A DNA stretch of 64,000 bases. Origin: Minisyncoccota bacterium. GTDB taxonomy: Bacteria > Patescibacteriota > Minisyncoccia > Phycocordibacterales > UBA9973. This document shows positions 16,749-27,100 of the stretch, in pieces. The notes under the pieces are model-generated. The model was given only the letters and a program-made list of their open reading frames with translations. It did no database searches and was not told the DNA's origin. The translations under genes and the position numbers were made by a program. The DNA lies in NCBI GenBank assembly GCA_041675045.1, contig JBAYUP010000001.1, forward strand, positions 24,094 through 88,093, read 5' to 3'. The number at the start of each line of letters is the position of its first letter. Position 1 is the stretch's first letter.

Positions 16749-18434
16749 ATGACAAAAGAAAATTGTAGAACATGTACCAAAGAGTTTGAAATACGAGACG
16801 AGGACCTTGTGTTTTATGAACAAGTAAAAAGCCCATCGCCATTATATTGCCCGGATTGTCGCATGATGCGACGATTGGCATTTCGTAACGAACGCACACT
16901 TTATAAAAGAGCGTGTGATATTTGTAAAACAAATGGCGTCTCATTGTATCCAGATGGAACCCCGTTTCCAGTATATTGTCATAAGTGCTGGTGGAGTGAT
17001 AAATGGGATCCAAAAGATTTTGCAATGGACTACGATCCATCTCGTCCGTTTTTTGATCAATTCAAGGAACTTCAAAACAAGGTTCCTCGTATTGCACTTT
17101 TGGTAATTGATTCTCTCCGGTGTGATTACACAAACAATGCGGGAGAAAATAAAGATTGCTATCTAATCTTCGCTGCCGAAAATAATGAGGACTCTGCATA
17201 TTCCCGACTTATTATGAAATGTAAGAGTGTGTTTGATTGTGCCTTTGTGTACGATTCTGAACTTTGTTATGAATGTATTGATTGTAGAAATTGTTTCAAG
17301 TGTATGTATAGCGAACAATGCCAGTCATCGAGTGATCTTTATTTCTGTTATAACATGCGTGACTCGCAAAATTGTATTCTCTGTACCAATGGTCGCCATA
17401 TTTCAAATTCCATTTTGAATACTAAATATTCAAAGGAAGAATTTGAAAAGAAAAAAGCAGAAATATTTTCAAGCTACGAGAATATTGAGCAGGCAAAGAA
17501 ACAATTTGAAGAATTAAAATCACAATCAATCGTCAAATATGCATTCCAAACGAAGTGTCATAACGTAACAGGTGATTATATGTATAACTGCTATGATGGT
17601 ATACGACTTTTTGATGTATCTAATTCAAAAAATTGCTCTTATCTAGCTGATTCAGAAGATCCAATTGATTCGATGGATTGTAATAACTTCTACTTTAAGC
17701 CCGAATTCCAATACGACATGATGGGTGTACTTGGGGGATCAAAAAATAAACACGGATTTTATGTTATGTATTCAAATGAATGTGAATACTGTGACAGTTG
17801 TTATCACTCCACGAGTTTATTTGGATGTATTAGATTAAACAAAGCTAGTTATTCAATTCTCAATAAACAGTATACAAAAGACGAATACGAAAAATTGAAA
17901 ACTGAAATTATTGAATCAATGAAACAAGACGGAACCTATGGTCAATTTTTCCCCCCGGAAATGTCTCCATTCGGATTTAATGAGACATTGGGTAAAGAAT
18001 ATTTCCCAATTACTCGTGATGAGGCAATTAAAAAAGGATTTCGCTGGCAAGAACAAACAAGTGGAACCTTCGGCAAAGAAACAATAGCAGAAAAAAATGT
18101 GCCAAATACTTCAGGGAAAATATCTGACACGATTCTTTCGGAAATTTTCGCCTGCAATGAGTGTGGTAAAAATTTCCGACTTACTCAGATGGAAATTGAA
18201 TTTTATACACGCATGGGTCTCCCAATACCGCATAAAGATTTTGAATGCCGACATCAAAATCGGATGGGTAAGAGAAATCCACGAAAACTTTGGAGTCGTT
18301 CGTGCATGTGCAAACATGAAAACCACATCAATCATGAAAATAAATCATGCAAGGGAAATTTTGAGACAAGTTATAGTCCAGAAAGAAAAGAAGTTGTGTA
18401 TTGTGAACAATGTTATCAACAGGAAATTTCTTAA
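16749..18434 (+). CDS. Cys-rich multi-zinc-ribbon / repeat protein
   Basis: Many CxxC pairs at both ends (CRTC, CPDC, CDIC, CHKC, CNEC, CEQC) and central Cys/Ser/Tyr repeats. Confidence 0.85.
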   Translation: MTKENCRTCTKEFEIRDEDLVFYEQVKSPSPLYCPDCRMMRRLAFRNERTLYKRACDICKTNGVSLYPDGTPFPVYCHKCWWSDKWDPKDFAMDYDPSRPFFDQFKELQNKVPRIALLVIDSLRCDYTNNAGENKDCYLIFAAENNEDSAYSRLIMKCKSVFDCAFVYDSELCYECIDCRNCFKCMYSEQCQSSSDLYFCYNMRDSQNCILCTNGRHISNSILNTKYSKEEFEKKKAEIFSSYENIEQAKKQFEELKSQSIVKYAFQTKCHNVTGDYMYNCYDGIRLFDVSNSKNCSYLADSEDPIDSMDCNNFYFKPEFQYDMMGVLGGSKNKHGFYVMYSNECEYCDSCYHSTSLFGCIRLNKASYSILNKQYTKDEYEKLKTEIIESMKQDGTYGQFFPPEMSPFGFNETLGKEYFPITRDEAIKKGFRWQEQTSGTFGKETIAEKNVPNTSGKISDTILSEIFACNECGKNFRLTQMEIEFYTRMGLPIPHKDFECRHQNRMGKRNPRKLWSRSCMCKHENHINHENKSCKGNFETSYSPERKEVVYCEQCYQQEIS

Positions 18435-18437
18435 ATA

Positions 18438-18469
18438 AAAAAACCCTCCATGATGGAGGGTTTTTTTTG
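18438..18469. terminator. bidirectional terminator
   Basis: AAAAACCCTCCA-TGA-TGGAGGGTTTTTT. Confidence 0.75.
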
Positions 18470-18475
18470 TATATT

Positions 18476-18859
18476 TTATTTATTATAGAGTGCGCGGATT
18501 TTGCTACCTGCGATTCCATCAGCGACTAATCCTTGAGCTTTCTGGAATTCTTTAAGTGCATCGAGAGTTACCGCACCGAATCGTCCTGTTGCCTTACTGT
18601 TTGCGAGTGCTTTGGCAGCGGGTCCGGTATTTTTCTTTATGAGAAATTTCTGTAACGCAAGAACATCGTTCCCCGTCATTCCCATTTTTAAATTACGAAC
18701 AGTTGCTTTCTTTTTTGTTGTTTTTGGTTTTGGAGAATGGGGGGCAGTGTTCAGAGTAATTAATGGTGGATTTGTAATTAATCTCTCTGCTGAAACGCCG
18801 AACGGAATTCCTATAATTAAAGAAAAAACTATAAAGAATGTAATATTTTTTTTAGTCAT
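18476..18859 (-). CDS. secreted peptidoglycan-binding domain protein
   Basis: Signal peptide; LKMGMTGNDVLALQKFL...TGRFGAVT..ALKEFQKAQGL.ADG. Confidence 0.85.
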   Translation of the reverse strand: MTKKNITFFIVFSLIIGIPFGVSAERLITNPPLITLNTAPHSPKPKTTKKKATVRNLKMGMTGNDVLALQKFLIKKNTGPAAKALANSKATGRFGAVTLDALKEFQKAQGLVADGIAGSKIRALYNK

Positions 18860-20147
18860 TGCCTAATCCTCGAGTGTTAACTTTTAAATTACGATATGGG
18901 TGCTTTGCTCCACGGACCTCAAAGTGAACGTGAGGGCCAGTAGATTTACCAGTTGATCCAACATATCCAATGATTTCTCCTTGTTTCACTTCTTGACCAT
19001 TCTTAACAGCAACTTTTGTCATGTGACCAAAGAGCCCCTGCGCGCCATTATCAAAATTTTGTACAACATACTTTCCATATCCACCGTTGTATCCGGCATC
19101 GCGAGCAATAAGGATTACACCGTCGCGTGGAGCATAAATCGGTGTCCCGATTGGAGCAGCGAGGTCACTACCGTTTGCGCCATGGATTTTTTGAGAGATG
19201 CGACCAACGCCATTAGGTAAAATCCAAATATACCCTTCTAGATTTGCAGCGTCTGGCGTTATATTTTCTTCGTCATCTTTTGTGGTATCAACTGTCGGTG
19301 AAGTATTTGTCTGTACAGGCGCAGTTTCAACAATAGGTTCTGTCTTTTGAACTTGCACAACTACTTCCTCCTTCTTTGGTTCTTCAACTTTCGGAGCAAT
19401 AATCTCTTCTTTCTTAGGGGCAGGAGCTTCTTTTTTGGCAATTTCGCCACCTGGCACAACAATCACATCACCAATCTGCAAATCAGATGCTTTAGTAATA
19501 CTGTTGTATTCAGCGATATCGGCTTTGTCTGCACTGTACTTCTTGGCAATACTTTCAAGAGTGTCACCTTTTTTGACAGTGTGAGCAACGCCTTTAATAG
19601 GCAAAATGGCCAATGTTTGACCCACTTTCAAAAGATCTTTACCTGTTAAATCAGCATTTGAAGAAATAATAGTATTCTTTGAAACATTGAATTTCTTGGC
19701 AATACCATCCAAAGTATCGCCCTTTTTAACTGTATATGCCGTAATCGGAGCAGATGATGCGTACTTTTGGATATCAAAATTAACTCCGAGAGCACTATTA
19801 ACTGAAAGTAGTCCTTCTTCGTCTTCAATAATACCGACAATTGGCTCATCTTTGAGATTCTTTGTATCAGGATTCACCGATGAAGATGATTCAAGGAGGG
19901 CCATTGTTTGAGAATTCTTTGTTGTAAGGTTTTCTTCAGAGGCCTGAGTTTCTTGCCCAAAAAGATTGAGTAGCCCAGAGAAAAATCCAGCATGGGCTTG
20001 ATTTGGAGTAAATGATATGACGGAAAGGGCAAAAACGAACAAAGAGACCTTCATAGGGAAGGACTTAAGAAATAACGATATTTTCATCAAAGGACTTTTT
20101 CCCAAACGAGAAGAGCCGTTCGAATCTTTAGAGTTTTTTAAATGCAT
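18852..20147 (-). CDS. LysM x2 plus M23 peptidase (true start probably a downstream ATG)
   Basis: YTVKKGDTL repeats; HGANGSD, GHMTK, STGPHVHFEVR. Confidence 0.9.
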   Translation of the reverse strand: MHLKNSKDSNGSSRLGKSPLMKISLFLKSFPMKVSLFVFALSVISFTPNQAHAGFFSGLLNLFGQETQASEENLTTKNSQTMALLESSSSVNPDTKNLKDEPIVGIIEDEEGLLSVNSALGVNFDIQKYASSAPITAYTVKKGDTLDGIAKKFNVSKNTIISSNADLTGKDLLKVGQTLAILPIKGVAHTVKKGDTLESIAKKYSADKADIAEYNSITKASDLQIGDVIVVPGGEIAKKEAPAPKKEEIIAPKVEEPKKEEVVVQVQKTEPIVETAPVQTNTSPTVDTTKDDEENITPDAANLEGYIWILPNGVGRISQKIHGANGSDLAAPIGTPIYAPRDGVILIARDAGYNGGYGKYVVQNFDNGAQGLFGHMTKVAVKNGQEVKQGEIIGYVGSTGKSTGPHVHFEVRGAKHPYRNLKVNTRGLGND

Positions 20148-20298
20148 AATGAGGTGGGATGAGCGGAATTGCTGTAAAATAAGGGGATTTTTGAGTTTCG
20201 GGGTAGGGAATCGTGGTTACGAGGGTCCCATCTATAAAGCGTAGCCCATGGGGGAATATTAGTCAATAGAGTAATGCACACGATATACACAGGCCCCA

Positions 20299-20351
20299 CC
20301 CCCTGGCAAAAATGGGGCATTTTTGCCAGGGGGCTATATTTATTGTATTAT
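20299..20351. promoter_or_regulatory. 16-bp-arm palindrome carrying mirror -35 boxes of divergent promoters
   Basis: CCCCCTGGCAAAAATG-GGG-CATTTTTGCCAGGGGG; TTGCCA-17-TATTAT on +. Confidence 0.55.
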
Positions 20352-20360
20352 TTAATCATA

Positions 20361-22733
20361 ATGAAACTCGAAAGAAGAAATTGGGATACATCGGAAATAA
20401 TTAAACCCCTTGAAGAACACGCAGTGTTCATAAAAAGTCTTCTTGATATAGATGACGTCCCTCCAAAAGAGAAAAAAGGTCACATACAATTAGATGATTT
20501 CAATAAAAGAATTGTAAATGCCATTATAGAAGAGGGGATAAAGGGTAATTTGGATAAAGCTCAAAAAATCCTCGAACAAAAACTGAAGGTTGAAGAAGCA
20601 AATGGGGGTAAAAATAAACTACCCGAAAAAGTAGTATCTGAAATTATCCCAACAATCAAAGACTACTTTGAGGAAAATAATGAAAAAATCAAACAAGACC
20701 TTTCAGCCCCTGAAAAGAAACAACCCTTAGCTGAGAAGCTCAAAAATATCGACTCAACAACAAAGGCTCCTGACATACAAAATAGTGTTCAGGTATCCCC
20801 TAGAGAAGTAAAAGAAGTCCGGAAATCAGGCAATTTAAAGGAGACAGGGCGAATTGATTTCTTAGATCAAATTGTCCCTCAAGAAATAGGGGAAAATCTG
20901 CCCAAATCCGAGATACCAACAGGAAAAACCTCCGAAGGGGTAATTAGTGTTGTTACAGATAAAAACGGTGGAATTAAATTACATACAAATGAAGCTGTAA
21001 AAAGTATTAAAAATAAAGAAATTAAGGGTGGCTCAGTCATTATTCTTCCAGAGAAAAATGAGAATATTATTATTGACCATATCACTAAAGAAGGAGGTAA
21101 GAATTTTATTTATTTTCATACCACAACCCCCAAAGGAGACTATAAACTAAGTGATGTAATGGAAAGCGATGCATTTGCTGAAAAGATTAGAAAAGATGAG
21201 GGATATATCAAAAGATCTCTTTTAAAAATAAATCCTGAAGACAATTCAAATATCTCAGAAAACCCACCTGAAAAAGAAGTTAGTGATATAATAAAACCAT
21301 CTATGGAAAAAAATATTCCTAACAACTCTCCAGAATCGAATAAATTTTCAGCACTAGAAAAAGAAGCTGAAAAAATAAAATTACAGTATACAAATGAACT
21401 CAAGCGTGAATTTAAAAATAACCACAACGATCCTGTCGTTAAGGCCTTTGATGAGAATCCTGATTTATGGATACGTGCAGAAATTGCAAACAGAATCTTT
21501 CGCCTTGAAAAATCAATTAAAAAAGCAAAGACAGGCACAGAACGACAGGTACTACAAAACAGAATTATTTCATTAGAAGAAAAAATTCCTCCTATTGAAT
21601 ATGTATTAAAAAAAGATGCCTTAAAAGAAATAAAAGGTGGTGACGTACTTTTGATTACTGAAAATGGTAATACTGTTGAATATAAAATTATCTCGATAGA
21701 CACTGAAAAAGTGCGTTTCCAGAAAGAAGGTCAAACATTGATAAGCTTTCTCTCGCCCAAGGCAATGGAGAATTTTCTCCTTGACCCAGCAGTTTCATTT
21801 ATAAATGAAAGAACTCGGCAGTCTTCTGATGCCAAAAAAGAAAAGGAGGGGGAAGCTAACATGAGTAAAGTTTCAGAAAATGCCAGCATTGGACCAAATG
21901 AAAACACTGAATCAAAAGATGCAACACGCGATGAAGCCATAATGCAGAACAATTATGAGCAAAGATCGGCAGAATATGAACGCCGACTAGAAGAAAATGA
22001 CAGGCAACAAATAGAAATTTCTAATCAACTACGCGAAACAGGCAAACAAGAATCTTCCCCAGAAAAATCAATAATTCGAGATAATTTATGGAAACGATTG
22101 AATCAATTAGTGCAGGAAGAAGAAGAAATAACAGAAGAATGGATTGCTGAGGATAAAAAACAAAAACCTTTCGCCTATTTTGTTGCCAATCAGGTAGATA
22201 AATTTATGTTAGAACATCTGACTCACAAAGGAGCAACATCACTCGATTTACGTTTTTTGAAAGATGACTCAGAAGAAAACTTTGAGTGTATCTCGCAATT
22301 CCCAATACGTGATTCAGGAGAAAACAATGAATATTATGCTGAGTATTTTGAATATAACATAGCTGGTTTTAGAAAAACCCTTGAAGACATAGATGTGATT
22401 CGAACAAAGGATGGATTCGACATACACAGCAATAACACAAGGTACATGATTACTGGACCTGATGGAACGCATGAAATTAATATTAAAGGATACGATGAGG
22501 CAACGCGCATTTATAAAGAAGCGACAAAGAAATATTTACAAAAAATGAGACGAGAGTTTGAATCTTCTCCTGAAAACCAAGAAAATATACAAACCGATTC
22601 AACCACTGAAGACAAAAAACCTGAAGAAAATAAAGAAACGGAAGAAGAAAAAATCGCGAGAGTAGTACGTGAGATAGACGAAGAGTACACTCGAAAAAAG
22701 AAGGAAATAATTGAATCATTTCTCAAAAAATAA
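20361..22733 (+). CDS. large Glu/Lys-rich hypothetical protein
   Basis: Long ORF; ATG 20361 lies 9 nt after a -10 box; no signal peptide. Confidence 0.8.
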   Translation: MKLERRNWDTSEIIKPLEEHAVFIKSLLDIDDVPPKEKKGHIQLDDFNKRIVNAIIEEGIKGNLDKAQKILEQKLKVEEANGGKNKLPEKVVSEIIPTIKDYFEENNEKIKQDLSAPEKKQPLAEKLKNIDSTTKAPDIQNSVQVSPREVKEVRKSGNLKETGRIDFLDQIVPQEIGENLPKSEIPTGKTSEGVISVVTDKNGGIKLHTNEAVKSIKNKEIKGGSVIILPEKNENIIIDHITKEGGKNFIYFHTTTPKGDYKLSDVMESDAFAEKIRKDEGYIKRSLLKINPEDNSNISENPPEKEVSDIIKPSMEKNIPNNSPESNKFSALEKEAEKIKLQYTNELKREFKNNHNDPVVKAFDENPDLWIRAEIANRIFRLEKSIKKAKTGTERQVLQNRIISLEEKIPPIEYVLKKDALKEIKGGDVLLITENGNTVEYKIISIDTEKVRFQKEGQTLISFLSPKAMENFLLDPAVSFINERTRQSSDAKKEKEGEANMSKVSENASIGPNENTESKDATRDEAIMQNNYEQRSAEYERRLEENDRQQIEISNQLRETGKQESSPEKSIIRDNLWKRLNQLVQEEEEITEEWIAEDKKQKPFAYFVANQVDKFMLEHLTHKGATSLDLRFLKDDSEENFECISQFPIRDSGENNEYYAEYFEYNIAGFRKTLEDIDVIRTKDGFDIHSNNTRYMITGPDGTHEINIKGYDEATRIYKEATKKYLQKMRREFESSPENQENIQTDSTTEDKKPEENKETEEEKIARVVREIDEEYTRKKKEIIESFLKK

Positions 22734-22829
22734 TATAAGGAAGCGTGCATCTTCACTGTAGTAAATGGTATTGACAAAAGGCAATAAGTATGCTAGTCTT
22801 TAGTTAAACAAATTTTAAATACCATACAC

Positions 22830-23504
22830 ATGAAAAAAATCCTTATTTTCTTGATGGTTTCTATCGTAACCACAAGTATTTTCGGCCAGAGAGGGCAATA
22901 CCCTGTTCCCTCTGTAACTCCTGACACACTTCAACCTGCTGCTCCCAAAAGAGATTATGTAGGCGAAGCAAACAAGTACACAGATGAAGCTATAAAAACT
23001 GCCATCTGGGAAACTAAAAAATCCCTGATGGAGTCCAACAAGCGGGTGCTGCAATCTCTTAAAGACTCCATGGCTAAAGCAAACAAAGCAAACATGGCAG
23101 TGATGGAAGACATCGGAAAACTAAGAATTCAGACAGCCGATGAAGTATCTGGAATTGAATACCGGATGTCGGGTAAAATCAAAAATGTTGCCAAAGATGT
23201 ACAGAATACTCAAAAAAGTATTACAACACTTGATAAGTCCTTAAATACAACAAAAAAGGACTTTGCCAAAAAAGATTCACTTACTCGTGTTGCACTTGCA
23301 AAACAAAGCAACAAAACGGATTCAGCATTTAATGCAATCAACGCCATTACAAAAATGCAAAATGGTATTCAAGAGTCAATCACCAATCAGGGAGAACGAA
23401 TGAACTCTTGGGGACTCGGACTGACATTAGGAATGATTGCGATAGTACTGCTTGGCTTAGGTGTATGGAGAAGAGTTGGTGCGCATTTACCACAGAAAGG
23501 ATAA
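22830..23504 (+). CDS. orphan secreted coiled-coil protein with C-terminal TM anchor
   Basis: MKKILIFLMVSIVTTSIFG|Q; C-terminal TM plus RR; TTGACA-17-TAGTCT promoter; terminator about 23526-23565. Confidence 0.75.
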   Translation: MKKILIFLMVSIVTTSIFGQRGQYPVPSVTPDTLQPAAPKRDYVGEANKYTDEAIKTAIWETKKSLMESNKRVLQSLKDSMAKANKANMAVMEDIGKLRIQTADEVSGIEYRMSGKIKNVAKDVQNTQKSITTLDKSLNTTKKDFAKKDSLTRVALAKQSNKTDSAFNAINAITKMQNGIQESITNQGERMNSWGLGLTLGMIAIVLLGLGVWRRVGAHLPQKG

Positions 23505-23635
23505 GTGCTACTAAAATTTATGTTTATCAGCTGGAACAAGATTTATTCTGTTCCAGCTGATTTTCGTTTATAGACAATGTATAGGTATATTAGTATAATA
23601 CTAAAACAGATAATCTATATATTTTAAAAAGATTT

Positions 23636-24100
23636 ATGACTCAAGAAACACTCCAAAATACATCAATCAAAGATGCTTTCGACGCACTTGATGCGGAAAT
23701 GCAAAAAAAATTAACTGAAAAATTAAAAACAGAGGGTGTTTCAGATGGTACTATTGAAAAAGTAAAGACTGATCTATCAGAAAAATATACCCACAATAGA
23801 CAAATGGAGGAAGTGCGAAGTGCACTTCATGAAGAGTACGACAAAAAAACACACCACACAAAAGAGGAAATTGCACAATATCACTATATTCAGGACTTAA
23901 AGAGAATTGAAAAGATTAGAGAAGAATTCCCACTTCTTGAGGAAAAACAAAAAAGAACACCAATATGGCGTATTGGCGAAATTATGCGAATAAAAAAACA
24001 AAGAAAGGAAATGGTAAATTTGTATACGAAACTCACGCGAGCCGTCAGGAAATATGAGCTCAAAAAAAATGAAGCTGATTTATTCAACAAAAAACACTAA
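23636..24100 (+). CDS. helical hypothetical protein
   Basis: 154 aa ORF, TATAAT upstream, 9 nt before next gene. Confidence 0.7.
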   Translation: MTQETLQNTSIKDAFDALDAEMQKKLTEKLKTEGVSDGTIEKVKTDLSEKYTHNRQMEEVRSALHEEYDKKTHHTKEEIAQYHYIQDLKRIEKIREEFPLLEEKQKRTPIWRIGEIMRIKKQRKEMVNLYTKLTRAVRKYELKKNEADLFNKKH

Positions 24101-24109
24101 TTACAATAT

Positions 24110-27100
24110 ATGCCATCTCCACTAGAAGAACTGAAAAGTAATCCTGAACACCGTTCTGCAAAAGAACAGGAACTTAAGCAATCAATTGAAAGTGATTCAT
24201 ATCACGAAGATACTTTAGCAAAAGTAAGGCAATTAGATATTTCAGATGAACTAAAAAAGAAAGATGAGATAAAATTTAAAACAACCAAAGAAGAACTCGA
24301 TAAATCTTTCAAAAAGGGTACCCTTGTTGATGAGAATACACTTAAAAGAGTGTTTGAGAGAATTCATCTTGATGAAAAAGATGTTGAGAAAGTTCCTGAA
24401 TTAAACAATCTTAACGAAGAACAGGCGGTACTTGTAGCAGAGCTTGCATCACAAGATATTCTTGCAAACGTAAAGAAACTTGGCCAAGAACGATTTGAAA
24501 AAGAAAATAAAATAGATTTTTCTTTAAATCCAAAAAAGTGGAGCCCCTCAGTTATTACAAAGACATGGAATAAAGCTTGGAAATCTATTTCCATAAGTAA
24601 GTCAGAGAAAGCGGTACTAAGAGACGTCCAACATGGACAAATTAAACCCGATACTGAAGTCATAAAAAGACTTGTAAAAAAAATAACAGACAATGATTTA
24701 AAAGTTATCAAGAAAGAAGGTAAGTCTGTTATCGAATTTATAGAAGCCACAAATAGCTCTGAAAAAAATAAAAAAATATTCGATTCATATAATGCAATTG
24801 CTAATGAATTTTCTCGCATGCCTGATGCATGGAGGAATGAAAAAGCAGCAAAAAGTACAGACAGAGCCTTCAAAACAGAAAACCATAAAAAATATAATAT
24901 TCTTAAAGATAGATATGCCGAGGCAACAAAGAGTGTCGTAAACGCAAAAACAGAAGAGTACAAAAAACAAGGCCTCGATGAAAAAGAAGCTGCAAAAAAA
25001 GCATCGATTGAAATGAATCGAGCAGGGCTGAAGGTAAGCATGCTTCAATTTGAAAACACAAACCCTGATGCTATTGCTGAACTTGATAGAATTAAAAATG
25101 AAAGCAGTTGGGGGCGTCTTTTGTGGAATAAAGAAACCTCATGGAGAAGCATATATGTAATTAGTGGAATTACTGCACGTAGCGTAGCCACAACAACTCT
25201 TGGTGCAATGACAGGACCACTTGTTGCCTCAATTATTGGAGGAGCACGGGCATTAAGAAAAGCAAACCAAAAAATAAATACCGCGTTTCTAGAGGGACGC
25301 CAAATGAAGTCATTTGTAGAAATGACTTCCGAAGAAAGAATCAAACTACGTGGAGGTCTTACTTATGACGAAAATGGAGATATTAAAAAAGATGAAAAAG
25401 GATTTGTTGTTCTAGGATCAGAAGGGAAAGGACTTCTTGATAACAAGAACGAGAAGAAAGGATTTCTCTCAAAAGCACTGGATGGAAAAGATGTGAACAC
25501 TAGAGAAGTAGCTTCATTTATTGATGCAGATAGTCAAATTAACCGACTAACAAATCTAAAAAATAAACTTGAAAGCCAAGAATATCTAGAAAAGGCAAAG
25601 AGAACAAAAAGATACGAAGGAGATGATGGAGATTTAGCAATAAAAGAAGACCTCCTTTTTCAGATTCGTAATCGTATTGATTATATTGATCAAAAACACA
25701 AAGCGGGTCTTATTAACTATGGTACAAAAGACCCTGCGGGTGAAAACTATGAACTCTTAAAATTGATGGGTGAACTTGAGTTATACACTGCCCCAGATCT
25801 AACAATTGCCCCTGATGGAGAAACAGAGATTGAAAAAGTAGCACGTCTAACGTTAAACAAGAGAATAGAAAACCATAATAATTTACTAGGGAAAATTGTT
25901 AAAGAACACGAAGAACGTTTTGCGGAAAAACGAACAGACTTTGCAACAAGTGAAATGCTCCGCGGAGCAACGATTGGTGCAACCTACTCATTAATAGGAT
26001 TAAAAATACATGACTGGTTCAGCGAAGCACCAACTGTAACTCAAGAAATAGAGAATACAAATGAAGTAACTACACCTAGTGATACTCCAAACACAACAAC
26101 ACCCGCCACAACTCCTGTTACTTCAGAAAAAACGCCACCACAATGGGGTAGCAATAAAACAGAAAATCCTGCTCCAGCATTCGAGCCAATCAAAACAGTT
26201 GGAGAAATCCACAAGCCAATCGAAGTACAACTCTCAAGCAAAGGTTCTATTCAAACATTCCTCGACCTTAAAGAAAAACTTCGCCTCGAATACGGCAAAG
26301 ACCTCGCTCATGCACCAGCGAGTGTTCAACACATCATGAATACGAACGCGACAAAACTCGCCGAGGAATTCAACATGTACAACCCGACTGATGTTGATGA
26401 GAGTATGATGGCACCGGCAGGTTCAAAATTCATCATTGATGAAAAAGGAAACTTCTCATACCAAGAGTTGGGTGCAAAAGATGCAACCATCCTTGAAGAG
26501 GGAACATCTGCAAAAGGAACTGGTGAATATAAAGGCAAGATGTTTGATTACGACAAAGCAAAAACTCTCAAGGTTGAAACAGCACAGAACGTGGGTACTT
26601 CGACACCAGAAACACCTCAAACAAATACAGCTAATATCCCATCACAAACAGCAGAAACAGGGGCACCCACACAGGGACTTCACCAGAACATTGATGAGAT
26701 ATTCCCATCTGATCAAGAGGTGCGAGATGGTATTGCCAGAGACCACTTCCGTTCACTTGTTAATTCGCATTATGAAAACATCCAAGGTGAAGCATGGAAG
26801 AACCTACCTCAGGCAGATAAAAATGCTGAAGTTTGGATGGGGGAAAAATTTGGAAAAGTTAATGTTGGGCAAAAAGCAGATGGAACGCCTACTATTGGAG
26901 ACTTCATTGAACCATCTCAAAATCTCGGCATCGACTTAAAATCAGTACCAGTCGCTGAGGCAATCAAGACAAATGCAACTGTTGCTTCAGGAATCGCTGA
27001 TCTCCAAAAGATTGCCCGTGCGCAATTAGGGTACGACATGGTAATCGATAAAAATGAATCTACTTCGAGTTACATTCATAGAGTTTTCACCGCACTTGAA

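Noticed and set aside
20148-20260. c-di-AMP (ydaO) riboswitch upstream of the LysM/M23 gene
   Set aside because: The context fits but I could not find the consensus motifs, and the best stem is G-U compatible only on the antisense strand.
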